Assembly: GCA_963720925.1 (NCBI GenBank)
Contig: CAVRHE010000003.1
Location: 1,263 to 65,262, forward strand
Direction: 5' to 3'
DNA length: 64,000 nt
DNA from: an uncultured Acidobacteriota bacterium
GTDB taxonomy: Bacteria > Actinomycetota > Acidimicrobiia > Spongiisociales > ZC4RG35
The notes under the pieces were generated by a model. It saw nothing but the letters and a program-made list of their open reading frames with translations, had not been told where the DNA came from and searched no databases. A program made the translations under genes and the position numbers. Every line of letters starts with the position of its first letter. Position 1 is the stretch's first letter. This document shows positions 36,061 through 45,615 of this stretch, piece after piece.

Positions 36061-37032
36061 TCAGCCAGGCGGAAATGCCGCCTTCTTTCGCCAATTCACC
36101 GCCAGACGGAGGTACGCGGGCACTTCGCTTATCTCACGTTGGCGCAGCCGCCGGCGCGCCGTCCACAGACTTCGATGGGACCGGTACAAGGCGAGCAAAG
36201 CAAGATCTGCCGGCGTGTCGAGTGCGACCACGCCGGTCCGGCGGTAACCGTTGTGGAATGACTCGGCCAACCTACCTCTCGCCTCCTCGAAGGCATCACC
36301 CCGGTCCGGTGTGTCCCAGCCCAGACGTCGCTCGAGATTGAAGAGAAACCAGGCGACATCTCGATGCACCGGCTCGAGGGCAGGCGGCGATGGCTGGTCG
36401 ATGATCCAAGCTCTCCCGCCCGAATCGAGCCTGATGTTGTAGGGGGCGAAGTCGCCATACCGTCTCGCAGTGGAGCCGACGAGATCGACGCCCTCGAGAA
36501 ACCACGGCTGAAGCATCACTGCCTTCGCCATCGATTCGATGTCGGCACGCATCGACGCCGGGTCGGGCACCAGGTCCGCCACGGGGCTCTTGCTGTGGAA
36601 AGCTCCCAGGGCGCTACCACAAGCCTCGATCACAGGGCCGAACTCCAGCGCTGAATCGCGATTGGCTCCCCGAAGGAGGTGGCCAAGGTCGTCACCGACC
36701 ACATACTCGATGCAAATCAAAGGCGGCGCGGCATGCCAGCCCATGGGTGATGCGACGCCGAGAGGTGACCCGTTTTCAGCCAACAGTGCAGACATGGCCG
36801 CGAGATCGTGATAGATCCGCCGCGCTTCGCTCTGGTCCCAGCCTCCCCCGATCTTGATCAGGGCGGTGGGCGCATCGTCCCCGGGCGCGCTCAGCTCATA
36901 GAAGGTGGAGGTGTGACTCTCGAATTTCCCCGTCGGGATCAGCGTCCCCAGATCGCGAGCGGTCTCGAAGCTCTGAGCGAGGTCTGCGGCGACAGCCCTC
37001 AACTCGGGCTCGGTCAAGGGATCGGCTCGCAC
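36061..37032 (-). CDS. APH/choline-kinase-fold phosphotransferase (His-to-Tyr variant of the catalytic loop)
   Basis: It contains ALIKIGGG and the catalytic loop RYGDFAPYNIRL (YxDxxxxN), followed by AWIIDQP. It is convergent with the preceding kinase gene (17-nt gap). Confidence 0.65.
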   Translation of the reverse strand: MRADPLTEPELRAVAADLAQSFETARDLGTLIPTGKFESHTSTFYELSAPGDDAPTALIKIGGGWDQSEARRIYHDLAAMSALLAENGSPLGVASPMGWHAAPPLICIEYVVGDDLGHLLRGANRDSALEFGPVIEACGSALGAFHSKSPVADLVPDPASMRADIESMAKAVMLQPWFLEGVDLVGSTARRYGDFAPYNIRLDSGGRAWIIDQPSPPALEPVHRDVAWFLFNLERRLGWDTPDRGDAFEEARGRLAESFHNGYRRTGVVALDTPADLALLALYRSHRSLWTARRRLRQREISEVPAYLRLAVNWRKKAAFPPG

Positions 37033-37041
37033 CGCGCTCGC

Positions 37042-38158
37042 TCAGTCCCGGTCGCGGGCCGTGAAGGGCCCCAGCACCTCATGCCACTGTTCGACCGAGG
37101 CCTGGAGCGTGAACATGTCCATGCAACGGGTACGCGCCTTATGCGCCATCCCCTCGCGAAGTGCCCGGTCCGAAAGCAGCCTTCTGGCCCCATCGATCAA
37201 CCCTGATTTGTCTTCGGTGCCCACGAGGAGCCCGGTGACCCCATCCGCGATGACGTCGCGGGCGCCGGGGACCCTCGTCGCCACCGTGGCCAGGCCGGCC
37301 AGCCCTGCTTCGATCAGCACTCCCGGCATTCCTTCCCCCGGGGGAAGACTGGTGAACACGAAGATGTCACTTTCGGAGAGGAGCTGGGGCACGTCGCTCC
37401 GTCTCCCCAGCATCTCGACGCCGGCTTCGTCGGCGTGGGGTCTGAGCGATTGCTCCAGCGGAGCCATCCCCGACCATCGCCGCGCCGAAGTCGAGACCCT
37501 CGTCCCTCAGCGTCGAAACCAGATCGATGAACCAATCGGGTCTCTTACCGGGATCGAGATGGCCCACGAATATCAACCGCGGCCGCCCGGCTTTGCCGCC
37601 CACATGAGGTGGAAAATCGACCGGGTCACGGGCGTTGGGGATGACCACCAGACGATCCCTGGGCACGTCGAAGAGCCGGTTGGCCTCTTCAGCGACATCA
37701 GTCGAGACCGCAGCCACAACGTTGGCACGCCGGGTATAGAAGCCGTGCAGGGACCGGCTCACCTTGCGCTGAAGAGCCTGATGGGCGGTGCCAATCTTGA
37801 GATAGACCAGGGGAAGGTCGCGGGGCAGGGCGATCGCGGCGTACTTTGCCGATTCGCCACCGTGAGCAACGACGACTGCGGGCGCCATGTGCTTCACCTC
37901 GCCGCGAAGGCGCCAGACGGCTCTCGGGTCAAGGCCGAGACGGCGAAACAAGCCTCGTGGGACGTCGAGCTCGACATCGGGTCTGAGCAGCACGGCGTCG
38001 GCCCGGAACAGGGTCAGGATCTGGTGGGACTCGCCTTCGGCGGCAAGGGCATCGACCAGGGTGCGGGCATAACGCTGTGCCCCTCTCGCCAGGTCATATG
38101 GGAGTACGTGAAGGACAATGGGTGGAGTCGGCGGGCCCGGCATCCTGTTCAGTGACAT
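37042..38158 (-). pseudogene. Glycosyltransferase family 4, frame broken once
   Basis: ORF 37367..38158 ends its homologous part at ...GLDFGAAMVGDG. ORF 37042..37467 continues PLEQSLRPHADEAGVEMLGRRSDVPQLLSESDIFVFTSLPPGEGMPGVLIEAGLAGLATVAT. The junction is at 37461-37472. Removing one base gives MVGDGPLEQSL. Confidence 0.8.
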
Positions 38159-39744
38159 GCGCCGACGCCGACGTCGACAAAGGTCGAACCGGCTTCAGGG
38201 ATGAACTCCCATTCATAGCCGTCCGGATACAGGGCAAGTTTGAGGATCCCGAACGAGTCGGTGTACCGGACTTCGCTGTTCGGCGCGATCTGGTCGAAGC
38301 TGCGATTTCCCGTACCTCCGGTTCCGGCGACGAACTGTCTGATCCCGTCGACCGGATCATGGGTCCCGTCGGGGTCTTGAGGTGCAAAGCGCTCGTAATT
38401 GTGATCGTGCCCGTTTATCACGACTTCGGCATCACCCTCGTAGAGAGCGGCGTACAACGCATGCACTCCCTGATCGCCACCGTGGTCCCCGGAGCTGAAC
38501 AAGGGGTGATGCCAGTAGGCGACAGTGCACGCGGCATCGGATGATTCGAGCTCCCGACGAAGCCACTGCTCCTGTGGCGACCCCGCGTCACACGAGACAT
38601 CCCCGCAGTTCGAGTTCAACACGATCACCTGCCACTCACCCGCTTGGTAGCTGTAGTAGCCCTGACCGGGATCGCCGGCGGCCTCGCCAAAGTATCCAAA
38701 ATACCCGGTCGCATCGGAGGTGTTGTAGTCGTGGTTGCCTGGCGCAGGCCGGGTCCGGTCTTTGTGCCGACCCCATGTCGGGTCGTAACACTGCGCAAAT
38801 TCCTCAGGCGCGCCGTCGGAGTACACGTTGTCCCCCGCAGTGAAGACGATGGTCGACGGGTCCCTGCTGATCACGCCGTCGATGAGCGCGGCCGTCACGG
38901 TGTCGCCGTCGCTCCCGCAATCGGAGATATCGCCCGCGCCGGCGAGGACTACCGGGGTGCCGGAGAGCTGGCCAACCGGGGTGCCCGGGAGTTGGGCGAC
39001 TGGCTCCTCGGCTGCAGGCGAGGCGGCTTCGCCCGACCCCCAATCGAGCACCAGCATCGGGGCGTTGGCACCGCTTTCCAGAGATGCATACTCGGCGCTG
39101 TCGTCACCCGCCATCGTGAGATAGAAGTCGTAGGTCCCGGGCCCGAGCACGACGCCGGTGAGATCGACGTCGACGACCGACCCTTCCGGCGTGCCGGGGG
39201 GGACGGCCCCTACCTGGGCGCCGACCGCTGGGGCATTGGCGCCGTTCGCTTCGGCTTGTGTCCAGGGCCCGCCAACCTCATGAACCGTCACTGCTTCATC
39301 GGTGTCGGCCAGGACGAACAAGCGCATGGTGACGCTCTGGAGCGTCTCCCCTTCGGGAATCGCGCCCACGACGAACCGAATAAGCGCTTGTTTGTTCTCG
39401 GGAGGGTCGTTCTCGATCTCGAGCACGTCCTCCAGCCCGCTGATCTCGTCGGGCTGACCGACGTTGACATAGGTGTCCTCACTGGCGGTGACGGCTAGCT
39501 GTCCCGGGATCTGCGTCACCGACGGCACGGTCGATGGCGGCGTGGTGCTCGCCGTGGTCGAGGCAGGTCCCGCGGAGGGGGTAGTCGTCGACGCCGCTAC
39601 GGGGTCGTTGGAGAGACCGCCCGAGGCGAGGAAGCCAATGATCAGACCCACGAGGATGGTGAGGATCACGGCGAGGACGATGATGATTATCGGCCTGTTA
39701 TCCCGCGGCGTGGTGTCGCCGCCGTTTGTGTTGTTGCCGCTCAT
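38149..39744 (-). CDS. Membrane-anchored beta-sandwich (DNRLRE/CBM96-like) + purple-acid-phosphatase-like metallophosphoesterase, motifs intact
   Basis: I chose the internal ATG at 39744, in an ATGA overlap with the phytase stop (MSGNNTNGGDTTPRDNRPIIIIVLAVILTILVGLIIGFL). The motifs are GAGDIS, TAGDNVY, GNHDY (38728-38739), WHHP and GHDHNYE (38401-38412). Confidence 0.8.
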   Translation of the reverse strand: MSGNNTNGGDTTPRDNRPIIIIVLAVILTILVGLIIGFLASGGLSNDPVAASTTTPSAGPASTTASTTPPSTVPSVTQIPGQLAVTASEDTYVNVGQPDEISGLEDVLEIENDPPENKQALIRFVVGAIPEGETLQSVTMRLFVLADTDEAVTVHEVGGPWTQAEANGANAPAVGAQVGAVPPGTPEGSVVDVDLTGVVLGPGTYDFYLTMAGDDSAEYASLESGANAPMLVLDWGSGEAASPAAEEPVAQLPGTPVGQLSGTPVVLAGAGDISDCGSDGDTVTAALIDGVISRDPSTIVFTAGDNVYSDGAPEEFAQCYDPTWGRHKDRTRPAPGNHDYNTSDATGYFGYFGEAAGDPGQGYYSYQAGEWQVIVLNSNCGDVSCDAGSPQEQWLRRELESSDAACTVAYWHHPLFSSGDHGGDQGVHALYAALYEGDAEVVINGHDHNYERFAPQDPDGTHDPVDGIRQFVAGTGGTGNRSFDQIAPNSEVRYTDSFGILKLALYPDGYEWEFIPEAGSTFVDVGVGACH

Positions 39745-41390
39745 CTGCCCTCCGAATACTCCAGACGAAGCGCAGGAGCCTCCGTGGCATCGGCATCGAA
39801 CGAGACCGCAGCTCGCCGTCCGACACCCTCCGCTCGCACCACCAACGTCAAGCTCCCTCCGGGCTCCCATTCTGGCGAACTGACCATCTGGCTGATGACC
39901 CCGGACAGGTCCGGAGTCTGCTGGAACACACCCCGCTCTCCGACGCTGCCCCATGCTGCCGGTGCCCAGGTCACGACCTCGGTCTCCTCATCGCTCCCAT
40001 CTAGGACACCGTGTAAGGACAGGACCACGTCGGAATCGTCGACCTCGGCGGCAGTGAACTGGACGTGGGTGCTCCTGATCACCGAACCGGCGGGCACACT
40101 CAATCCAGAGAACTCGACGGCGACCGCGCCGGCCGAGTCGAACACGAGGCTGGTGCCGCTTTCCACCGTCCCATCGGCTGCCAGCAGCCCATCACCTTCC
40201 GCGCCCGACACCGCGGCATGCCCCACCGACCAGTTGACAGGTGTCGTGGAGATGTCGGAGGGAAGAGGCCCATGTGGCAGGTCGACCGGGCTGTCGCCTC
40301 GGGGGTTCCAACCGGGCTCGATGGCGAGAGCCGCATTCGGGGACCCGGCGACCACGTCCCACGGCACGAGCTTGAAGTTCTGATTCCCCGAATCGTTGTC
40401 GCCATCCTGGGCCACGAATAGCCCATTGGGAAATCCCGCACCCAAAGGGGCACTCATCACATCGATGCCATCGGTGCTGCTGGTGCCGTCGACCGCAGCG
40501 GAGTCGACGATCTGGAAATTCGTGATGTGCTGGTTGTTCCCCATGCGTTCATAGGCGACGTACTCCCCAGAGCCCTGGCTGGAGGCGATCAGATAGCCGG
40601 CTCCTTCGGGCCCGTAATAGATCGTCAGTCCCTCGACGTCGGCCTCCAAAGTCGAGCCGACCTGATCGACCGGGACGCGCGAAGAGCCTCCGTTGGGCTC
40701 TGCCTCATACTTCCAAATTCCCACGTCCTCCTCGGCCACGTACAAGTAGGCGAGGTCGTCATCGGCGACACAACCCTCGGAAGTGCTATCCGTGGCGATG
40801 TCACGGACCTGGGTCGCAGTCACTCCGCCCCCACCCCCGTCCGAGAGCTGCCATTGGCGCACCGGCCCGGACCCGTCCGAGGTGACGAAGACATAGAAAC
40901 TCCCTGTCTCAGGGCTTCGATAGAGGCAGACCCCGAGAACGTCCAGCCCGGTAGGGATGGGCGGTGCTACCTCGACGAGTTCCCGGCTTTGGGGATCGAC
41001 GCGGTGGATGGTGATGGCATCATCGCCCCGTTCGCTGGTGACCACGAGGTCGACGGACTGCCCGGCCAGGGGAAAGCCATGGCGGATATCGACGTTGTTG
41101 GGACGGATCCCGGCCAGATACTGGATCTGACGACCACTGAGGTCGTAGACGGCGAGACCACCCTCTTTGTCGGTGCCGATGACGGTGGAACTCGACGGAT
41201 CCGTGGGATGAAGCCAGATGGCCGCGTCGTCGGCGGCATCACCGCCGCTTGGGACGGGATCAGTCTCGACGGTGGCGGTCACCTCGGTCGTCTGCGCTCC
41301 CGCTGGCAGCGACGATTCGCCCACCATCAGCGACGCCACGATGACACCGACGACGAGCGCGCTCAGAACCCGCGGGCTCCTCCTCCACAT
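39741..41390 (-). CDS. Secreted beta-propeller phytase (3-phytase, BPP family) with an extra C-terminal beta-rich domain
   Basis: It has a signal-like N-terminus. There is long collinear similarity to Bacillus PhyC-type phytases (AIWLHPTDP..., NNVDIRHGFPLAG, SEGCVADDDLAYLYVAEEDVGIWKYEAEP, DVEGLTIYY, GYLIASSQGSGEYVAYER, DGTSSTDGIDV, GLFVAQDG.N....NFKLVPW). The roughly 190 C-terminal residues are unassigned. Confidence 0.85.
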   Translation of the reverse strand: MWRRSPRVLSALVVGVIVASLMVGESSLPAGAQTTEVTATVETDPVPSGGDAADDAAIWLHPTDPSSSTVIGTDKEGGLAVYDLSGRQIQYLAGIRPNNVDIRHGFPLAGQSVDLVVTSERGDDAITIHRVDPQSRELVEVAPPIPTGLDVLGVCLYRSPETGSFYVFVTSDGSGPVRQWQLSDGGGGGVTATQVRDIATDSTSEGCVADDDLAYLYVAEEDVGIWKYEAEPNGGSSRVPVDQVGSTLEADVEGLTIYYGPEGAGYLIASSQGSGEYVAYERMGNNQHITNFQIVDSAAVDGTSSTDGIDVMSAPLGAGFPNGLFVAQDGDNDSGNQNFKLVPWDVVAGSPNAALAIEPGWNPRGDSPVDLPHGPLPSDISTTPVNWSVGHAAVSGAEGDGLLAADGTVESGTSLVFDSAGAVAVEFSGLSVPAGSVIRSTHVQFTAAEVDDSDVVLSLHGVLDGSDEETEVVTWAPAAWGSVGERGVFQQTPDLSGVISQMVSSPEWEPGGSLTLVVRAEGVGRRAAVSFDADATEAPALRLEYSEGR

Positions 41391-41426
41391 GAACGGGGAT
41401 GGTAATAGCGCCCGGATTCAACCAAT

Positions 41427-42353
41427 TCAGAAGGGGCTAGGCGCCGGCTCGCTGGCCTCCGGGGTCCTGGACCCGAGATAGACCATGAACCACAGGGTGA
41501 GGAGATACCCGACCAGGATGATTGCGAGGGCGGGAAGCATGACGCTGAACCGGGCGGCGATCCGCGAGCAGATGAGGACCAGTGCGAGCTGAGGGAGGGA
41601 TGCCACGATGGCGCCCAGCCAGTTCTGTCTCACCCGATTGACCAGAGCAGACAAGCCGGGGCGGATCCGGAAGATGAGCGGCTCGAGCAGGAGCAGGCCC
41701 AGACATGCGGCGGACCCCGCGATAGATGGCGGACGACCGCCTCCGCCCGCGGCGGCTACCCAGAGGAGGACCGCCACGGCGACGAAGGACCCCTCCGCGC
41801 CCAGGCTGACTGCCACTTTGGGCCATGCGAGAAGCGTGATCGGCAGGGCCGCTGCTATGAGGACGAGGGCCTGCTCGGTATCGGGGACGGCGGCGAATGT
41901 CCCCAGGGCAGCGAGGGTATAGAAGACCACGCCGAGACCGAGACGTTCGTACCGTGTCTCGAAGTCGTTGATGAGAAAGCCACCGACCGGGATCAGAACG
42001 GCCATCAGGACTCGAACCCACGTGAGCTCGGTCACCGGGTTCCCAAACGCCAACCAGACAGCCCCAGGGACCGCGGCCAGGATCTGAACCCACGGGGGAG
42101 CATGCGTCAACCGGACGATCAAGACCCCGAGCACAATCGTGGCGAGGGCGGGGACGGCCAGGCCCAGGGGCTCTCCCATCACGTAGAGACCGCCAACTGT
42201 GGCTGTCGCGATGAGCAGACCTGCGATTGGCATCGGAGGCCGAAAGCGGCCTGTTGCAAAACGGAGCGCCCATCCCAGTGCCAGTGCGAGGACCCCGAAA
42301 CGCAATCCGGTCGTGAAGTAGCCCGACTCGAAGAGAGCTAGGACATCGGCCAC
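41427..42353 (-). CDS. Hypothetical polytopic membrane protein
   Basis: The 308-aa ORF is almost entirely hydrophobic segments (about 9-10 by eye). I recognised no motif. Confidence 0.5.
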   Translation of the reverse strand: MADVLALFESGYFTTGLRFGVLALALGWALRFATGRFRPPMPIAGLLIATATVGGLYVMGEPLGLAVPALATIVLGVLIVRLTHAPPWVQILAAVPGAVWLAFGNPVTELTWVRVLMAVLIPVGGFLINDFETRYERLGLGVVFYTLAALGTFAAVPDTEQALVLIAAALPITLLAWPKVAVSLGAEGSFVAVAVLLWVAAAGGGGRPPSIAGSAACLGLLLLEPLIFRIRPGLSALVNRVRQNWLGAIVASLPQLALVLICSRIAARFSVMLPALAIILVGYLLTLWFMVYLGSRTPEASEPAPSPF

Positions 42354-42377
42354 GGAATCGAGTCTAGAGGTGGAGCC

Positions 42378-44039
42378 TCACCTGCAGCCGTTGGGGTATC
42401 GGAGACGCTGGTCGGCGCCGACATTCGCCAAAACCACCGGATCCGGGTCGCCGGGTGGCACAAGGCGTACGTCGACGGATTCGGTCTCGCCGAGGCCGAA
42501 ATGCGCCACAGCGGCGACCCCCGACGAGTAACCCTGAGTGGTGGTGATCTCACGAGCGCCGAGCAGAGCTGCCGGGTCACCCGCTGCTCCCGCCTCATAG
42601 ACCTCGACCCGCCAGCCGATGCCGGATCCCGACTCGTGGGCGACCGAGACCTCCAACCAATGACCGGACGCGGTCTCGTTCCGCAACATGAGCGAGGGGA
42701 GAGACGGGTCGAACTCCACCAGGAACATGTCGAGTCGCCCGTCACGATCGATGTCCGCGGTCGGGCCGGCCACCCAGTACTGCGGGCTCCCCAGCCCGTC
42801 GGGAGAGCTGAACGTAGGTATGTCGCCGTTCAGCCCGGTGTGGCGGAACACGGCGGGACGGGTCCCGTCTCCGGCGGAGGCAGTGGCGACGAGATCGGGC
42901 CATCCGTCGTTGTCCATGTCGTTCAACTCGACGTGGGGCCCTTTGGTCGGAAGGCCGACGAGGCCGGCTGCCTCGGTCACCTCCTCGAACTGCGCCTCAC
43001 CCCTGTTCAGGAACAGACGCACCGGAACCCTGGCCCCATCGTCGACCGTGCTGTTGAAATGATGTCCGACGGCAATGTCGAGCATCCCGTCCCGGTTGAC
43101 GTCGGCGATCGAAGCCCCGGTCACCAGGTCCTCTTCGCCGATCGGCGGCCAGGCGAACACCGAGCTGTCAGTCGGGAGAAACGACTCGCCGTCGGCGATG
43201 AACAGCTGGTTGGAACCCGCCACGAATATGTCCTGCCGTCGGTCACCCGTGACGTCGCCCACAGCCACGCCGAGGCCGACGAGATCCTGAGGAAGGCCCG
43301 CGGCCGCGGTGACGTCCGTGAAGACCAGGTCCCCTTCGTTGTGCAACAGGACGCTGCCGCCCTCGTCGGCGGTCAGGAACAGATCGAGTTGGCCATCGAG
43401 GTCGTAATCGATGACCGCAACAGAGCGCCCTCCCAGCTGCGTCGGAAGCCCGGTGCCGGCCGGCACCAGCGAGCCGTCGTCGTTGCGCAACACTTGCGTG
43501 CCCGGGGCCGACGGCAGGTCGTCGTCCCAGTTTCGGGAGACGATCAGGTCGAAGTCGCCGTCGCCGTCCAGGTCAGCCGTCGTTCCACCGCTGGTCCGGG
43601 CGAACATATCGGGAAGGCTGTCGTCGGCAGTGAAGCTGGCTTCAGATGAGAGGAGCAGTTGGTCGGGGGCGGGTCCGTCGGCCCCACGAGCTTGATAGAT
43701 CTCGGTGTCCCGATCGGCGAAGGTGCCCATGAAGAGGTCGGGCCGCTCGTCGTCGTTGAAGTCGCCCCACACCCCGGCATGCCCGTACATGCCAATCAAA
43801 GGTGTGACCATTCCCAGTGCCTCCGTCTGATCAGAGAAGCCGATCGTGTCCTCGCCCCCTCCAGGCGTCGCCGTCCAGCAGGACAGGTCTCCAGCCTCGG
43901 TGACCGTTCCCGTCGTTCCCGATGAAGTCCCGCCCGGTTCTGTCTCCGTGGCACTCGTGCCGGTGGATCCCGGCCCGCTGCCCGATGTGCAGGCCGCTAG
44001 CGCGACCAGCGCCGCCGCAGCGATGAACCGGCGAATCAC
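42378..44039 (-). CDS. CRTAC1-family lipoprotein (FG-GAP/VCBS repeats + ASPIC/UnbV domain)
   Basis: It has a lipobox-like N-terminus (ALVALAACTSGS). There are several FG-GAP-type repeats (DFNDDERPDLF, DLDGDGDFDLIV, DYDLDGQLDLFL, DVNRDGMLDIAV, DMDNDGWPDLV, DIDRDGRLDMFL). The C-terminal domain is ASPIC/UnbV-like (GIGWRVEVY...TTTQGYSSG..AVAHFGLG). Confidence 0.8.
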   Translation of the reverse strand: MIRRFIAAAALVALAACTSGSGPGSTGTSATETEPGGTSSGTTGTVTEAGDLSCWTATPGGGEDTIGFSDQTEALGMVTPLIGMYGHAGVWGDFNDDERPDLFMGTFADRDTEIYQARGADGPAPDQLLLSSEASFTADDSLPDMFARTSGGTTADLDGDGDFDLIVSRNWDDDLPSAPGTQVLRNDDGSLVPAGTGLPTQLGGRSVAVIDYDLDGQLDLFLTADEGGSVLLHNEGDLVFTDVTAAAGLPQDLVGLGVAVGDVTGDRRQDIFVAGSNQLFIADGESFLPTDSSVFAWPPIGEEDLVTGASIADVNRDGMLDIAVGHHFNSTVDDGARVPVRLFLNRGEAQFEEVTEAAGLVGLPTKGPHVELNDMDNDGWPDLVATASAGDGTRPAVFRHTGLNGDIPTFSSPDGLGSPQYWVAGPTADIDRDGRLDMFLVEFDPSLPSLMLRNETASGHWLEVSVAHESGSGIGWRVEVYEAGAAGDPAALLGAREITTTQGYSSGVAAVAHFGLGETESVDVRLVPPGDPDPVVLANVGADQRLRYPNGCR

Positions 44040-45484
44040 TGAATATGCACGACGAGGAGGACAACCTCACCGAAGCCGTCGTCCGCCCCCAGGGGACCCG
44101 CGTTAGCCCCGATGTAAACAGTGTCGCCCGCCGGGGACACCGCCATGCTGAAGGTTCCGCCAAGCCGCAACCCGAGACCTTCCTCGGCCAGCGGGTTCAA
44201 CTCGGCGATCACTGTCTGCTCACCCGTGTCGGTGTCGACACTGGTCAAGGCGCCACCGAATTGCCATGCGTCACCGTGGGCATCGGGCATGAAGAAGAAC
44301 CGGGACCCATCAGGGTGGAGAGCCATGGTCGCCGTGTACTCGGCCGGGTTGCCGAGGCCCTCGATGGAACCATCGGGCTGGAGGACGAAGAAGACGTCAG
44401 GATCCCTCGTGACGGCGAACACCCGCCCATCACCGGCCGGGATCGTAGAAGCGCGCAACCAGTCGCCCGGCATTCGGTGAGGGTGGGTGGTGATGTCGTT
44501 CGTCGCCGGGTCGTATACGGAAAGCTCGCCACCGCCGATCGAGTAATAGGCACGGCCCTCGGCGTCGACCATCACATTCCGGAAACCCGAGTGTGGCGAG
44601 GCGGGGCCTTCGAAGACCATCTCGTCGTTGACCACGTCGTAGACGAAGAGCGGGCCGGCGTCGAGATTTTGGCTCTCGGCGATGGGATCGATGGCCTCTC
44701 CGTACACCAACCCCAGGTCGGATGCCCCGGCGAGTGATGGGATGCCGTGCTCCTGGACTGGCACTCCCAGCGCGGCGATTGTCCGCTGATCCGGGTCGAG
44801 GCGGAAGAGATAGTCCCCGGTGTAGGAGGACCCGTATTGAAGATCGCGGTTGGTGCCCCAATAGGAGGCGAAATAGACCTCGCCGCACGGGCCAGGGACC
44901 ATCTGGCCGTGAACCTTCCCATATCCCCACGCCCCAGGCGTGTGCTCGACATAGGAAAGTAGGTCGCCGAGCGTCGCCAGAGACCCGGTCGCCGGGTCGT
45001 ACTCGTACACGAACGAGTTCCCATCCGGGCCGAGATGATCGCCGATCGCCGAGACAAACCGGCCATCGGCCAGGGCGATGCCCTGTCCCCACATGGTCCA
45101 CGGATTGCCCTCGTAGTCGGGCCGGGGATACACCACTCCTTCGACCTGCACGCCGTTCACCTCGCCGAGATCGACGAGCTCGGCGCTGGGGCCGCCCACG
45201 AATGGCTGACCGGGAGGGAGATCACAAGATGGGTCCACCACCCTGGTGGCCGGGGTCGTCTCACCTGTGCCTGTCTGGGTGGTCGCAGTCGATTGCTGGG
45301 TCGTGGGCGATGCGGTCTCGGCAGAGCCAGGATCTGCGCTCTCTCCCCCTGCCAATGTGCTCCCGAGAACCCATCCACCGGCCAGGGCGACAGTCAACCC
45401 GCCGGCGACCAAAAGCCATTTCCACGCCCCCACGGCATGCCCTCCGATCCCGTCCGTGAAACGGAACGATAGTGGGTGCTGCAT
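44036..45484 (-). CDS. Membrane-anchored hypothetical protein, probably a beta-propeller ectodomain
   Basis: A TM segment (WKWLLVAGGLTVALAGGWVL) and a Thr/Gln linker are followed by repeated beta-strand-rich segments (…LFRLDP.., ..LFVYDV.., ..LSVYDP..). The stop overlaps the next start (ATGA). Confidence 0.5.
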   Translation of the reverse strand: MQHPLSFRFTDGIGGHAVGAWKWLLVAGGLTVALAGGWVLGSTLAGGESADPGSAETASPTTQQSTATTQTGTGETTPATRVVDPSCDLPPGQPFVGGPSAELVDLGEVNGVQVEGVVYPRPDYEGNPWTMWGQGIALADGRFVSAIGDHLGPDGNSFVYEYDPATGSLATLGDLLSYVEHTPGAWGYGKVHGQMVPGPCGEVYFASYWGTNRDLQYGSSYTGDYLFRLDPDQRTIAALGVPVQEHGIPSLAGASDLGLVYGEAIDPIAESQNLDAGPLFVYDVVNDEMVFEGPASPHSGFRNVMVDAEGRAYYSIGGGELSVYDPATNDITTHPHRMPGDWLRASTIPAGDGRVFAVTRDPDVFFVLQPDGSIEGLGNPAEYTATMALHPDGSRFFFMPDAHGDAWQFGGALTSVDTDTGEQTVIAELNPLAEEGLGLRLGGTFSMAVSPAGDTVYIGANAGPLGADDGFGEVVLLVVHIQ

Positions 45485-45615
45485 ATTGTTTGACCACGGA
45501 GGGCGGTTAGACTCCCCTGGTCGAGGGGGGCCACACGTAAACCGTGGTTTACTTGGTTCGACGCCGACTTCATTTCGATGCAGCGTCTTGGGGCACTGAG
45601 GGATTTCACCGGCAA

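Noticed and set aside
45485-45615. Nested inverted repeats (ACCACGG...CCGTGGT enclosing CCCCT-GGTCG-AGGGG) in the divergent gap upstream of the ABC exporter, considered as a regulatory RNA or PHO box.
   Set aside because: The stems are short and there are no direct-repeat units of the actinobacterial PHO-box type. The evidence is insufficient to call a feature.
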